From assembly GCA_000004985.1 (NCBI GenBank), contig GG738896.1: DNA of 64,000 nucleotides; one strand, given 5' to 3'. Positions within the stretch are counted from its first letter, which is position 1. Each line of letters opens with the position of its first letter. Under the pieces are notes generated by a model, which had not been told where the DNA came from, made no database searches, and saw only the letters and a program-made list of their open reading frames with translations. The stretch comes from Naegleria gruberi (Eukaryota). The translations under genes and the position numbers were made by a program. Shown piece after piece: positions 1 through 10,445 of this stretch.

Positions 1-13
1 GTTTAGTACTGAA

Positions 14-541
14 TTAAGGAAATATTCGAAACTTACCATGAGTATCACTCGTAACGTTTACAATAGAATTAATTTCGTCATTTTTGGCGAAATGAGGAAT
101 CAATAAATTGGTCAATAAGAAATGTCCCAAATGATTAACACCAAATACAATATCATATCCTTGTTTGGTTGTTGAAATATTTGGAGGTGCTTGAGTTGCA
201 GCATTACAAATCAATGCTTTCAATGGTGGTAATTTTTCTTGATTGAAATTTGTTACAAAATTTCTGACAGAATCCAAATCTGCAAGATCCAACTCTATAA
301 ATGTCAATCTACTAGCATACTCTTGATCAATTTCAACAATTTGTTGAATAGCTTGCTTTCCTTTTGATTCATCTCTGCATGCCAACACAACATGCCACTC
401 ATCAATTTTATCACTCAACAAGTATTTGGTACTTTCAAAGCCAAGTCCACAATTAGCACCAGTAACAATGACTGTTCTCTTTCCTTTACTCATTTCTTGG
501 AGTTTTTTTAATAAATTGTTTCTTGTTATCTCCGTAACCAT
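14..541 (-). CDS. Short-chain dehydrogenase/reductase (SDR), N-terminal part; the C-terminus runs off the window start
   Basis: TGANCGLG Rossmann glycine motif near the N-terminus and a later NAA(T) motif typical of classical SDRs. The ORF is open to the window edge on the minus strand. Confidence 0.7.
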   Translation of the reverse strand: MVTEITRNNLLKKLQEMSKGKRTVIVTGANCGLGFESTKYLLSDKIDEWHVVLACRDESKGKQAIQQIVEIDQEYASRLTFIELDLADLDSVRNFVTNFNQEKLPPLKALICNAATQAPPNISTTKQGYDIVFGVNHLGHFLLTNLLIPHFAKNDEINSIVNVTSDTHGKFRIFP

Positions 542-889
542 TCAGAGCGCTTTAAGATGGGCTAGAAAATATGCGCTACTGAAATGACCGCTCACTTTAT
601 GGGTTTTTCTATTGGTCTGAATAATTCCTAGCACAAATTATGTACAAATTGATAATTAAGAGTCAATTCAATGATTCCGATATGATATCAAACCATCAAG
701 TATTGAATGTACGTAAGTCCAGCTTACTTAGTGTGTTAATATTGAATTCTTTTAGTAGTTTGTGTAACAGCCATAAATTTGATCTCCAAAACAAACACTT
801 GTTTGTGACGTGTCCATCATTATTTCACTATTTTTCATTATTCCCATAAAATTGATTCAGATCTTCTTCCTCAAGAGATTATAAAAAAA

Positions 890-2515
890 ATGTGTACACC
901 AAAGGCAAAGTGTTCATTGTGTCCACAAATTCAATGCAATCATCTTCCTCAATATTGTGTCTATCATGCATGGAACCACTTGTCGTGCCATCAATGTAAT
1001 CAACCAATTGTTGAAATAATTCACAATTTAATCTTTTATTTCTATAGGAAAAGATCAACTGCAAGATCCGAAGAAGAAAACTCAGATCATGTTGATTCAA
1101 TTAAAGATGCAGAAATTGAATATTTAAATGAACAATCTTCCGTTTATGAAATTTTAAGTGAAAATTTCATGGGAATGGAAAACGTTTTTTCACAATTCCC
1201 AATTCTGTCAAGATATTGGATGGGAGAGGAATTGAGAAGTGCATTGAATGTATTGTTGAGATATTTCTCAGATCATGATGAAGAATTGAGAGCTTTGAAA
1301 TTGGCAGAATTTAAGAATGTCACTCTGGAATTGTTAGATAATTTCCTGAAGGAAAATCTGTCAGATCTATTTCTATATTTTGCTGTTCCAGATAATGGAA
1401 ATATTCAATGTATTGAATGTGTTGAAAGAGGTCAATTGCAAGTTGTGGAAGAATTGAGAAGTAAACCACAAGAACAAGCTCTTGCTCCAGAGGATAACAT
1501 TCAATTTCAATGGATGAATGATGATGAATTGGGAGTGGTATTCTCCTTTTTAGAGTTTCCATTTGATTTTCCTGTAATTTCTTTGACTTGTAAGAGATTG
1601 TATCATTTCTTGCATTATTCCTCCAATTTTTCATGGCTCAGTAATGTAGTGTTTCCTCCAAGAGGTCAACTTCAACTTTGCAGTGCTGGATCTAGCTTTA
1701 ATTTTGAATTTTTTATTCGAAACATGTTCAGGACATATAGAGGTCTCACTAATCTTTCGTCCATTTCCAAAATTTACAACTTTTTTGATTCTTACTATTT
1801 CACAAATGGTCTACTGATCAACAAGCTATTCAGTGAAAATTTGATCACAGAGACATGTCTTGACACTCTATTTATCCAGGACTATGGAACTTCAGGTTAT
1901 CTCACTTATTATTGGTTGAGAAAAATACGTAGCTCCAGGCGAGGTCCAATACGAAGGATTTCCATATTTGTCATGAGTGGAAGTAAGAGTTTATTCCAAC
2001 TAATGATTATTTACAATTACTTGAAAAACAATAATATGGATCAGGAATTGTTAATTGACCTGATAGGTCCTTATCATATTTCTCTTTCTCTTAAATTATC
2101 TAATGATGATTTGAATATTCAGGAAACAGGACTACCAATCAAAATGGCAAATACCTTACTCGAAAGTTTACCAGGAGATTCAGGTTCCATTTTACCAATG
2201 GTAACTCATTTGGATTATTTCTTCATGAAAGATTATTCTTGGTTGGAGAAACATCAAGTTTCGAATGGTTTGGTCATTCGGCAGGTATGGGTTGATAGTT
2301 ACATTCCAAATTATACTCAATTATTGAGGAATATGAAAGAGAGGGGAATAGTTATTCACAAAATAATTCTCCATCATGATTATTTGCATAAAGTAACCGA
2401 AACTGAACAAGAAGAGTTGCTATCAATTACAAGCAATATTGAGATTTGTAAACTTGCAAGCTTTCTGCCAGATCCACCTGTAGATAGATGGCCATTATCG
2501 AGTGTTATTCAGTAA
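890..2515 (+). CDS. Hypothetical protein with F-box-like segment and leucine-rich C-terminal region
   Basis: 541-aa ORF. Contains an F-box-like hydrophobic motif (LGVVFSFLEFPFDFPVISLTCKRLYHFL) followed by an L-rich region. The first ~90 codons are Cys/His-rich and may be 5'UTR, so the true start could be a later Met. Confidence 0.5.
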   Translation: MCTPKAKCSLCPQIQCNHLPQYCVYHAWNHLSCHQCNQPIVEIIHNLIFYFYRKRSTARSEEENSDHVDSIKDAEIEYLNEQSSVYEILSENFMGMENVFSQFPILSRYWMGEELRSALNVLLRYFSDHDEELRALKLAEFKNVTLELLDNFLKENLSDLFLYFAVPDNGNIQCIECVERGQLQVVEELRSKPQEQALAPEDNIQFQWMNDDELGVVFSFLEFPFDFPVISLTCKRLYHFLHYSSNFSWLSNVVFPPRGQLQLCSAGSSFNFEFFIRNMFRTYRGLTNLSSISKIYNFFDSYYFTNGLLINKLFSENLITETCLDTLFIQDYGTSGYLTYYWLRKIRSSRRGPIRRISIFVMSGSKSLFQLMIIYNYLKNNNMDQELLIDLIGPYHISLSLKLSNDDLNIQETGLPIKMANTLLESLPGDSGSILPMVTHLDYFFMKDYSWLEKHQVSNGLVIRQVWVDSYIPNYTQLLRNMKERGIVIHKIILHHDYLHKVTETEQEELLSITSNIEICKLASFLPDPPVDRWPLSSVIQ

Positions 2516-2697
2516 TTCGTGGGATATCCAACGGAGCTACAAATCTGAACACCAAAGAACACGATTACAAAAATTTGATATGTAATTTCCTTTTATGAGT
2601 GTTTTTAAGCTCCTTTAGAAACACCTCATGACCATTTGCTACTAATATTTAAACTACTCAACCAAACGAATAACATGTTAAATATTATTGAAAAAAT

Positions 2698-3252
2698 ATG
2701 AAGAAACAATTGTTGCTAATCTGTTTAATTGGTTTAATTCTTGCTGTTACCTATCAACATGCAGTTGAAGCCAGAAGAAAAATCAACAAACCACTTGACA
2801 AGTTGATCAAGTCTATCATTAGAGTTATTGAAGAGGAAGAAAGCATGTCTGATTCTTACATTCTTCCATCCATTGCTGTTGCTGATACTGCCAAAGCACT
2901 TGTTGGTCGTTGTGTCAATATCATTAAGGGATCTACTGAAAATGGAAAGCCATGTTTCAGAACACCTTTCGAATTTGCAGCTGAAGCTTACAAACTTGTT
3001 GGAAAGTCAAATCTTCCACTTGATGAAGATGGTTACTATGAAAGTTCAAGTGTTAAAAAGGTACCAAGATATGGTGATTTCAATTATGGTGATGTTCTTG
3101 TTACTAATGGTGGAAATACTGTTGGTATTTATGTTGGAGATGGAAAGATTGTTTATGCAATTAAGGTTAATTTTGTTACCAAGGTTGAAATGACAACAAT
3201 TTCTGGATTCACTTCAAAGAGAGGTTTACCTACTGCTTTTGAAGTTGTTTAA
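2698..3252 (+). CDS. Small secreted protein, possible NlpC/P60- or LRAT-like papain-fold remnant
   Basis: Signal peptide MKKQLLLICLIGLILAVTYQHAVEA. The motif GDVLVTNGGNTVGIYVGDGKIVYA resembles the HVGIYxGxGxxxHA block of NlpC/P60-type amidases, but I could not place the catalytic Cys/His confidently. Confidence 0.35.
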   Translation: MKKQLLLICLIGLILAVTYQHAVEARRKINKPLDKLIKSIIRVIEEEESMSDSYILPSIAVADTAKALVGRCVNIIKGSTENGKPCFRTPFEFAAEAYKLVGKSNLPLDEDGYYESSSVKKVPRYGDFNYGDVLVTNGGNTVGIYVGDGKIVYAIKVNFVTKVEMTTISGFTSKRGLPTAFEVV

Positions 3253-3326
3253 ATTAATATTTAAACATATTTGGAAATTACTCTTTTCAAAATAAAGTTA
3301 AATTTCCAAAATTAGCATCGAATTTA

Positions 3327-3683
3327 TTACTTATTTTGATATTTTGTGGTCATTGCATATTCAATAGCCTTTACAAGTGAATTACCAGTTGTGCATGTTC
3401 CAGCAGCTGCAGTAATTTCAAATCCACCAGTTAACACCGATTGAGCAGCTGCAGCAGCCACACCAGTCAATCCTGCCAAAACATTCGATATTATGGCACT
3501 ATCCATTGAACTTTGATAAGTAGCACACAAACTATCCTCTTCTGCATCATAAATGATACATGTATAGTTCCAGGATTTTGCATTTTCAAATCCTAATTTT
3601 GCTTCCTCAAAAATGTCGGTGTCTGTTTCAATGTAGGGCGTATTGCCAACTGATCGATAGGTTACTACTTTATATTTTCCCAT
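3327..3683 (-). CDS. Small hypothetical protein with a Gly/Ala-rich glycine-zipper-like segment
   Basis: 118-aa ORF convergent with the secreted protein upstream. The central segment GLTGVAAAAAQSVLTGGFEITAAAGTCTTG looks like a small-residue membrane or zipper motif. I recognise no homology. Confidence 0.35.
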   Translation of the reverse strand: MGKYKVVTYRSVGNTPYIETDTDIFEEAKLGFENAKSWNYTCIIYDAEEDSLCATYQSSMDSAIISNVLAGLTGVAAAAAQSVLTGGFEITAAAGTCTTGNSLVKAIEYAMTTKYQNK

Positions 3684-3851
3684 TGTCAGTAGTACTAGTT
3701 GAATTGTTTTTTTTTTAATAATTCAATTTCAAGATTTTCAGTTTTGGGATTTTACCTTATTTGGAATATGATTAAAACAGAATTGAACGCATGTAGAAAG
3801 ATAGTTTTTGTTTCATTGATTCAAATTCCATATTCCATTTAACAAATTATT

Positions 3852-4997
3852 TTACAAATTAAGAATTTTAAGAGAGGATAGAGCTGACAAATAATTAACT
3901 CCTAATTTTGTAATTCTATTATTATCCAAATATAGAGCTGTTAAATTGGAAAGTTTGTGAAAATCTTTCAAACTTTCATCAGATATTAAATTATTAGAAA
4001 GTTTTAAAATCCTCAAACTTGTTACTGAACTTAAATATTCAACTTTTTGAATGGAACAGAAAGATAAATCCAATTCTGTCAAATTAATCAAATTTACAAA
4101 ATTAGAAAGTCCATTTCCAGTAATATCTCGCCTATCATTGCTACAACCGTTGAGTTTTAGAACTGTCAAGTTTCTAAAATTGGAGAAAAATTCCAGCAAT
4201 TCATCGTTCCAATCCCAAAGACACCTACATTCGAACTTTTTCAAATTTACAATGGAAGTGAGAAATTTCAACTCTTCATCAGTATTACTAAAATAACCCA
4301 TTTTCAAATCAGTTAAATTTTCAAATTTACAACCACCATGCAATGTCAATTCGAAAAGTTCAACATCAAGTTGTTGTAAAGTTTTACAAAATTTGCTTTC
4401 AAGAATTGAATTCCATGACGATTCAGACATTGAACTGAGAATGCTCAATTTCTCTAATGGCCAATCTACTTCATTAAATTTCAAATTCATTGCTTCTCCA
4501 TTCGAAATTGTCAATGATTTGATTTTTGAATGATGACATTTCAAAAATTCGCCTCCAAATTGAAAATTGTGTAATTCCAAGCTTTGTAAACTTTCAATTT
4601 TCATGAATTTTTCCAAAAGATTATAGCTACCATCGTTGTAAATGATTAATTCTTGCAGATTAGTCAATTTTGAAACAATTAATTGTTCTAAATTAGCCAA
4701 CCTCTTTCTCCTTTCCATTTCCTCCACTAAAAAGTTTAAACTAAACGATTCGATTGTTGCCGAAAATTTAGTAACCAAGTGTAACTTGTTAGAATCCATC
4801 AATTTTCGTTTTGCATCATTTTCCGATCCATCATAATTGATCATGAAATAATGAGGTCGAATGCTTTGATAATTTTCATTCCAATCTCTGCAAACTAATC
4901 TAACAGATGATAAAATCCACAAATAATCACAATAGGATAGAATTTCAAAAAAGATTACATTTATAGGAAGCTCTGATAAGTTTCCCTGTTTTAACAT
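3852..4997 (-). CDS. F-box-like / leucine-rich-repeat protein
   Basis: N-terminal F-box-like motif (LSELPINVIFFEILSYCDYLWILSSVRLVCRDWN) followed by multiple LxxLxLxxN-type LRRs and a C-terminal LRR cap (LSNLTALYLDNNRITKL). Confidence 0.6.
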   Translation of the reverse strand: MLKQGNLSELPINVIFFEILSYCDYLWILSSVRLVCRDWNENYQSIRPHYFMINYDGSENDAKRKLMDSNKLHLVTKFSATIESFSLNFLVEEMERRKRLANLEQLIVSKLTNLQELIIYNDGSYNLLEKFMKIESLQSLELHNFQFGGEFLKCHHSKIKSLTISNGEAMNLKFNEVDWPLEKLSILSSMSESSWNSILESKFCKTLQQLDVELFELTLHGGCKFENLTDLKMGYFSNTDEELKFLTSIVNLKKFECRCLWDWNDELLEFFSNFRNLTVLKLNGCSNDRRDITGNGLSNFVNLINLTELDLSFCSIQKVEYLSSVTSLRILKLSNNLISDESLKDFHKLSNLTALYLDNNRITKLGVNYLSALSSLKILNL

Positions 4998-5040
4998 AGT
5001 TGATGCAAACGAATTTTTTTTGGAATTTAAATAATTATTA

Positions 5041-6008
<968 letters not shown>

Positions 6009-7906
6009 AAAATCTAAGGAATATTGGAAGTATTACATGTGATTTTCTTATTATTATGTTATTAAACATCAAAACCTTTCTTTTGCAGTATGCAAAAAAT
6101 GAAGGAACACTAGGTGAAAAACCAATGATTCGGAGTTTGTTGATTTTCAACATGGTTTCACATCATCAAATAATGAAACCAACACATCATCATCTGGACA
6201 TCATCTAAGTAATAGTATTTGTGGAATTTTTAATTATTGGATTATTATCATTAAATTGGAAATGTTTTTTCAAGTTGAAAGTTTTATGAAATGGATTACC
6301 ATCATAAAGCATACCAACCATCCATATGGTGCCATTCATCATCAAAATATAATAGTAATGGTTGTGGAAATACATCTTGTAATAGTTAATAGATTCAATT
6401 TTTATAAATAAATATAATTTTTATTATATATAATATATATATTATATATAAAATCATCATCACTGGTCGATCTAATGGGAAAGATGGAAAACCAGCAATC
6501 TATCATTGTTCGGAATGATGAATAATAGGTTATGCAAATTTCTCCAGTGACTTTGTACCAAGAAATCATAGTATTAGGTTCATGTCAAATTTCACAATAT
6601 GTGCATGTGCCGTAGCTCAACATGTACTTCACCAACTTGGAAAATTTCTTCGAATAGTATTGTTCAAAATGACCTCCAACAACATTGTCATTATCGAATT
6701 TTTGATTTGATTGGTGGTTATGGAGATGAGAAAATTTCAAAATTTCCTTCATCAATTATTGGCTTGATTTCTCAAATTAAATCAACCAATTATTTACAAC
6801 AACACTATCATAGTATTAACAATAAATATTGTTAATAGTTTTTCTTCAATTTTTTTGAAATTTGCCTTAATTAAGATTTCTAAAATTTTATTAAGAATTG
6901 TTTCATTCAATTTTTATCCCACAAGCAATTATACAATGAACTGTAGATATATTGAATATAATAATTCATTCATTGAAATTTGCAATTCTAATCATGCAGA
7001 AACAGTTCTTAATTAACAAGTAGATCTACTGTTTCCCATGCATGATCTTGTTATTGAGTATGTACAGGAAAGTTCTAAACGAAACATTGGATGAAACTAA
7101 GGAATCAACAAAGTTTTTAAATTTTCCGTAATCTTTCTCTTCACGTTATCTAAAAAGAAGAAGGAGTTAGTCCAACTTCTTCGCTGGCATGATATGCCGC
7201 TATTCATTGATTGGTTTCTTGTTAAATTCATTGTAAACTAAACTAATGTTAGACAATGTCCCAAACACAAAACAATCAAGAAATCAAATGACAGTAAACT
7301 TCTTGTGGGCACTCAACTTACCTTCTTGGTACTGTTTTAATATGCCACCAAATAAATCCACATACATAAACTCACCATTTAATCGCTTTCGAATAATTAT
7401 TTGTTGCCAATGTTGGTTTATTGCATGTTGCATCTCTCGAAAATTTACTGAAACAAACGATTAATTGATTTATGGCAGTGTCCACTACTACCAAAAGACA
7501 AAACGCAGTTTTTGCTGATTGTTGACTGCTTGCTTTCTAATAATGCCGTATGAGCAAAACGATACCAAATGTGAAACTACTCCTTTCGAATAATTGCCTT
7601 CTCAAAGGTAACGTTTGTCATCAATCCTCATTTAAACCTCAATGGTAAGGTCCACCAAGCTTTTAAATGACTTATTTCTGACAAGTAGTGCGATACCTCA
7701 TGAAGCAACGTTTCGCTTTTTGTTACCCAAACATGAATTTAACAAAGGTTGTTGAGGGAGCGAAATGTTGTTTCGACCAGTTTCTTGTAAGTTTCGTATA
7801 TTTGTTTTTGCTTCAAATGTACCTCTCAGCAAGCGAAAACGCAAATTGTTGAAGTAAAAAACAAAACAATTCACAATCCACACTCTCTTCAAAGGAGACG
7901 AAACTT

Positions 7907-9433
7907 TTGAAAATGAACAGCTCTCAAGTTTTCACATCCCAAGTTGACTCGTCAATTATTCCTATTGATGTTGCAAATGTTGTTGTTGGAAATGATGAAG
8001 ACGATTTTTATAAAGCATTCGGTTCGTTTAGTTATGATGCTGAGTTGAATGTTGCCACAAATTGTGATGATAATCTTCAGTTGACCAACAATTTGTTTCC
8101 ACAAACATGCCACCCACTTTCTAATACCCTTTCGAATAATAATACTAACTGTAAAATCACAAAGCATCCACATAATAACCATGCAGATGATATCATTGAA
8201 CAAGAATCATTTAACTTTCTAACTGCCCTGACCGAAACTCATGATCACAACCAAACTAATCTTTCAGAATTTGTGAACAACAATCAACAACCCCATGACC
8301 CATCACTGTCCACACCACCTACCACATGCAACGAATCATCAAATCATTCACCAATCAGCAACAAATCAACCGTTCACAATAATAATGGGTCAACCAACAC
8401 CACCACCTCAACAGGTCCAGTTTCCATCTCTGCAATTACTGGTCGTCCACTTTATCCAAGACAACGACATACAGGAAGTACTCGTTGTGCCAATTGTAAT
8501 ATTGATCAAACTCCAATGTGGAGAAAGGGATTGCATGGTGAAATTTTGTGTAACAAGTGTGGACTCTATCTCACCAGACATGGAAAGGAAAGACCATTGA
8601 ATTTACAACAACAACAGCAACAACAATTGGATTCTGAGGAGGTGATGGTAGCAAGTACTGTTGCAGTGTCATCAGCAGAGGAGAAGGTAAATTCTGGTCA
8701 ATCAAGGAAAAGAAGAAATAAGGTAGCTAGTGAAAAGAAGGAAAAGAAGGAAAAGAAGGAAAGAAAGTCAAATAGTGAAAAGACGAAACGTTGTAATTTA
8801 AAGAATTGTGAAAATAAGGCAAAAAAGAAGAAAGGAAATGGTTCAGATTTCGAATTCAGTTCTCAAAGTCCAATTTTAAATGCTGCCATTCTTGATTGTA
8901 ATCAGGAATTTAAGATTTCAAGTCCAATCCAAACAGTTTCTAATCAATTAGTGGCCTCTCCAACTAATTCTTGCTGGAATGGTGCAACTAATGTTCACAC
9001 AATCATCTCACCAACCAGCACTCCTTCCCAAACACCAACCATGATTTATAAGAATGACCAACCAATCATGAATGTAATTCCAAATGATTGGATTCTTAAT
9101 CAACTAAGCACATGCACTCAATCAGTCATGCAAAAACAAGTATGGCCAAGCTATACAGTTCAACAATCAAATCCCAACACTGTTATCTATTCAATAGAAC
9201 CGAATCAAAGTTATCAACCATGGAATAATTACTTTACACTTGATAATTCTCCAGTATTTCAATCTGAAGATCAACAACTCTTTAATAACTTTTTCACTGA
9301 CAACCATTTTTTGAATCAATCTCAACAGACAATTCACAACCCTCAATATCACCACACTGATTTGTTTGCATTAAAATTGGATCAGCATGAGCTTATTAGT
9401 GAATTAATGTCAGACTTTCAATTTATCCAATAA
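7907..9433 (+). CDS. GATA-type zinc-finger transcription factor (single finger)
   Basis: CANCNIDQTPMWRKGLHGEILCNKCGLYLTRHGKERP is a CX2CX17CX2C GATA finger with its basic tail. It is flanked by low-complexity N/Q/S/T-rich regions and followed by a K/E-rich basic stretch. Confidence 0.85.
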   Translation: MKMNSSQVFTSQVDSSIIPIDVANVVVGNDEDDFYKAFGSFSYDAELNVATNCDDNLQLTNNLFPQTCHPLSNTLSNNNTNCKITKHPHNNHADDIIEQESFNFLTALTETHDHNQTNLSEFVNNNQQPHDPSLSTPPTTCNESSNHSPISNKSTVHNNNGSTNTTTSTGPVSISAITGRPLYPRQRHTGSTRCANCNIDQTPMWRKGLHGEILCNKCGLYLTRHGKERPLNLQQQQQQQLDSEEVMVASTVAVSSAEEKVNSGQSRKRRNKVASEKKEKKEKKERKSNSEKTKRCNLKNCENKAKKKKGNGSDFEFSSQSPILNAAILDCNQEFKISSPIQTVSNQLVASPTNSCWNGATNVHTIISPTSTPSQTPTMIYKNDQPIMNVIPNDWILNQLSTCTQSVMQKQVWPSYTVQQSNPNTVIYSIEPNQSYQPWNNYFTLDNSPVFQSEDQQLFNNFFTDNHFLNQSQQTIHNPQYHHTDLFALKLDQHELISELMSDFQFIQ

Positions 9434-9594
9434 ATTTTTGACTTGATTTAGTTCTTAATTGGATCACATGGTGGTGCTTGTTCGAAGGATTACTTTGTAA
9501 CTTTCTTCAAATAAATTTGCTAATATGGAATTTATGCGAAGGAAGAAAATGTATTCTCATCAAAGAACAATTCACAATCACTAACAACATGAAT

Positions 9595-9665
9595 GCGTCG
9601 ATGGTTTAGTGGTAGAATACGGCGTTGCCATCGCCGTGACCCGGGTTCAATTCCCGGTCGACGCA
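9595..9665 (+). tRNA. tRNA-Gly (anticodon GCC)
   Basis: The 71-nt sequence GCGTCGATGGTTTAGTGGTAGAATACGGCGTTGCCATCGCCGTGACCCGGGTTCAATTCCCGGTCGACGCA folds as a cloverleaf. It has a 7-bp acceptor stem, GTGGTAGA D-loop, anticodon loop TTGCCAT, TTCAATT T-loop and discriminator A. Confidence 0.9.
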
Positions 9666-9925
9666 TGAATTATTTTTTATTTTGATGATTTTTTGATTTC
9701 ATGTCATAAATTTTGTTCGTCCAAATCTCGACATGTTATTCTACTATATTCTCTTGTTTAACGAAATTTTGTTTAGTATTCATCGAGATATTAAGCTCTG
9801 GATCCATACCATATTTCTATCTAAAAATGTCAAAATAAAAATAATTTGATATGTTACAAAAAATGTGACAATCTCCATCTTTTTATAACATTACTTGATA
9901 TTAACTGTAAGAATAAAGATGAATC

Positions 9926-10156
9926 TCATCCACCTCTCCAACTCAAAGCCAAGTAAATGGTACTATCCTGTTTCATTTCATAATCTTGAATTGTTTTTCC
10001 ATCTTCAAGTTTTTTGCCATTTAAAATCAATCGTTGACTTGGTGGAGGTATTCCTTGTTTTTCATTCACCAGTTCTTTAATTTTTTCGATAGAGTCTGTG
10101 CATTCAACGTCGATAGGGAAGGAATGACCTGATAGGGTCTTGATAAATAGTTGCAT
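9926..10156 (-). CDS. NEDD8: Ubiquitin-like modifier, NEDD8-like, ending exactly in RGG
   Basis: 76-aa protein about 50% identical to ubiquitin. It shares the NEDD8-like block EKIKELVNEKQGIPPxxQRLI, has a small residue (Ser) instead of Arg at position 72, and carries the di-Gly immediately before the stop. Confidence 0.6.
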   Translation of the reverse strand: MQLFIKTLSGHSFPIDVECTDSIEKIKELVNEKQGIPPPSQRLILNGKKLEDGKTIQDYEMKQDSTIYLALSWRGG

Positions 10157-10260
10157 TTTTTATTGTGTTTTTAGGATAATAATAATCATGAACTTTGTTT
10201 AAATAGTTCAGCTCTGAACAAGGAAATTACAAAACCTACAACTGAACACGAAACATGAAT

Positions 10261-10323
10261 CGCCCACCGTGGCACGACCATAAGGTTAAGAGCCTTGCGC
10301 TCTGCCGACTGAGCTAGACGGGC
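10261..10323 (-). tRNA. tRNA-Lys(CUU)-like sequence lacking ~10 nt of the T-arm (pseudo-tRNA or unusual tRNA)
   Basis: Minus-strand sequence GCCCGTCTAGCTCAGTCGGCAGAGCGCAAGGCTCTTAACCTTATGGTCGTGCCACGGTGGGCG. It matches canonical tRNA-Lys-CUU in acceptor, D-arm and anticodon arm (loop CTCTTAA), but GGTTCGAGCC of the T-stem/loop is absent. Confidence 0.5.
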
Positions 10324-10445
10324 TACATTCATTAAAAAAACAATTCATTGATATTCATCTCCCGAATAGCAAGGTTTTGACACATTTTCAAATAGGTTTT
10401 TTTCAAATAAGCAATGAGAGGAAAGGATTGCATTCAAAGAAGATA

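Noticed and set aside
640-1100. Small ORFs 640-849 and 879-1100
   Set aside because: They are short, have no motif, and overlap the probable 5' region of gene 890-2515.
9926-10156. Calling the 76-aa Ubl a ubiquitin monomer
   Set aside because: It is only about 50% identical to the window's own ubiquitin and has a small residue at position 72. This fits NEDD8/Rub1-type modifiers better.
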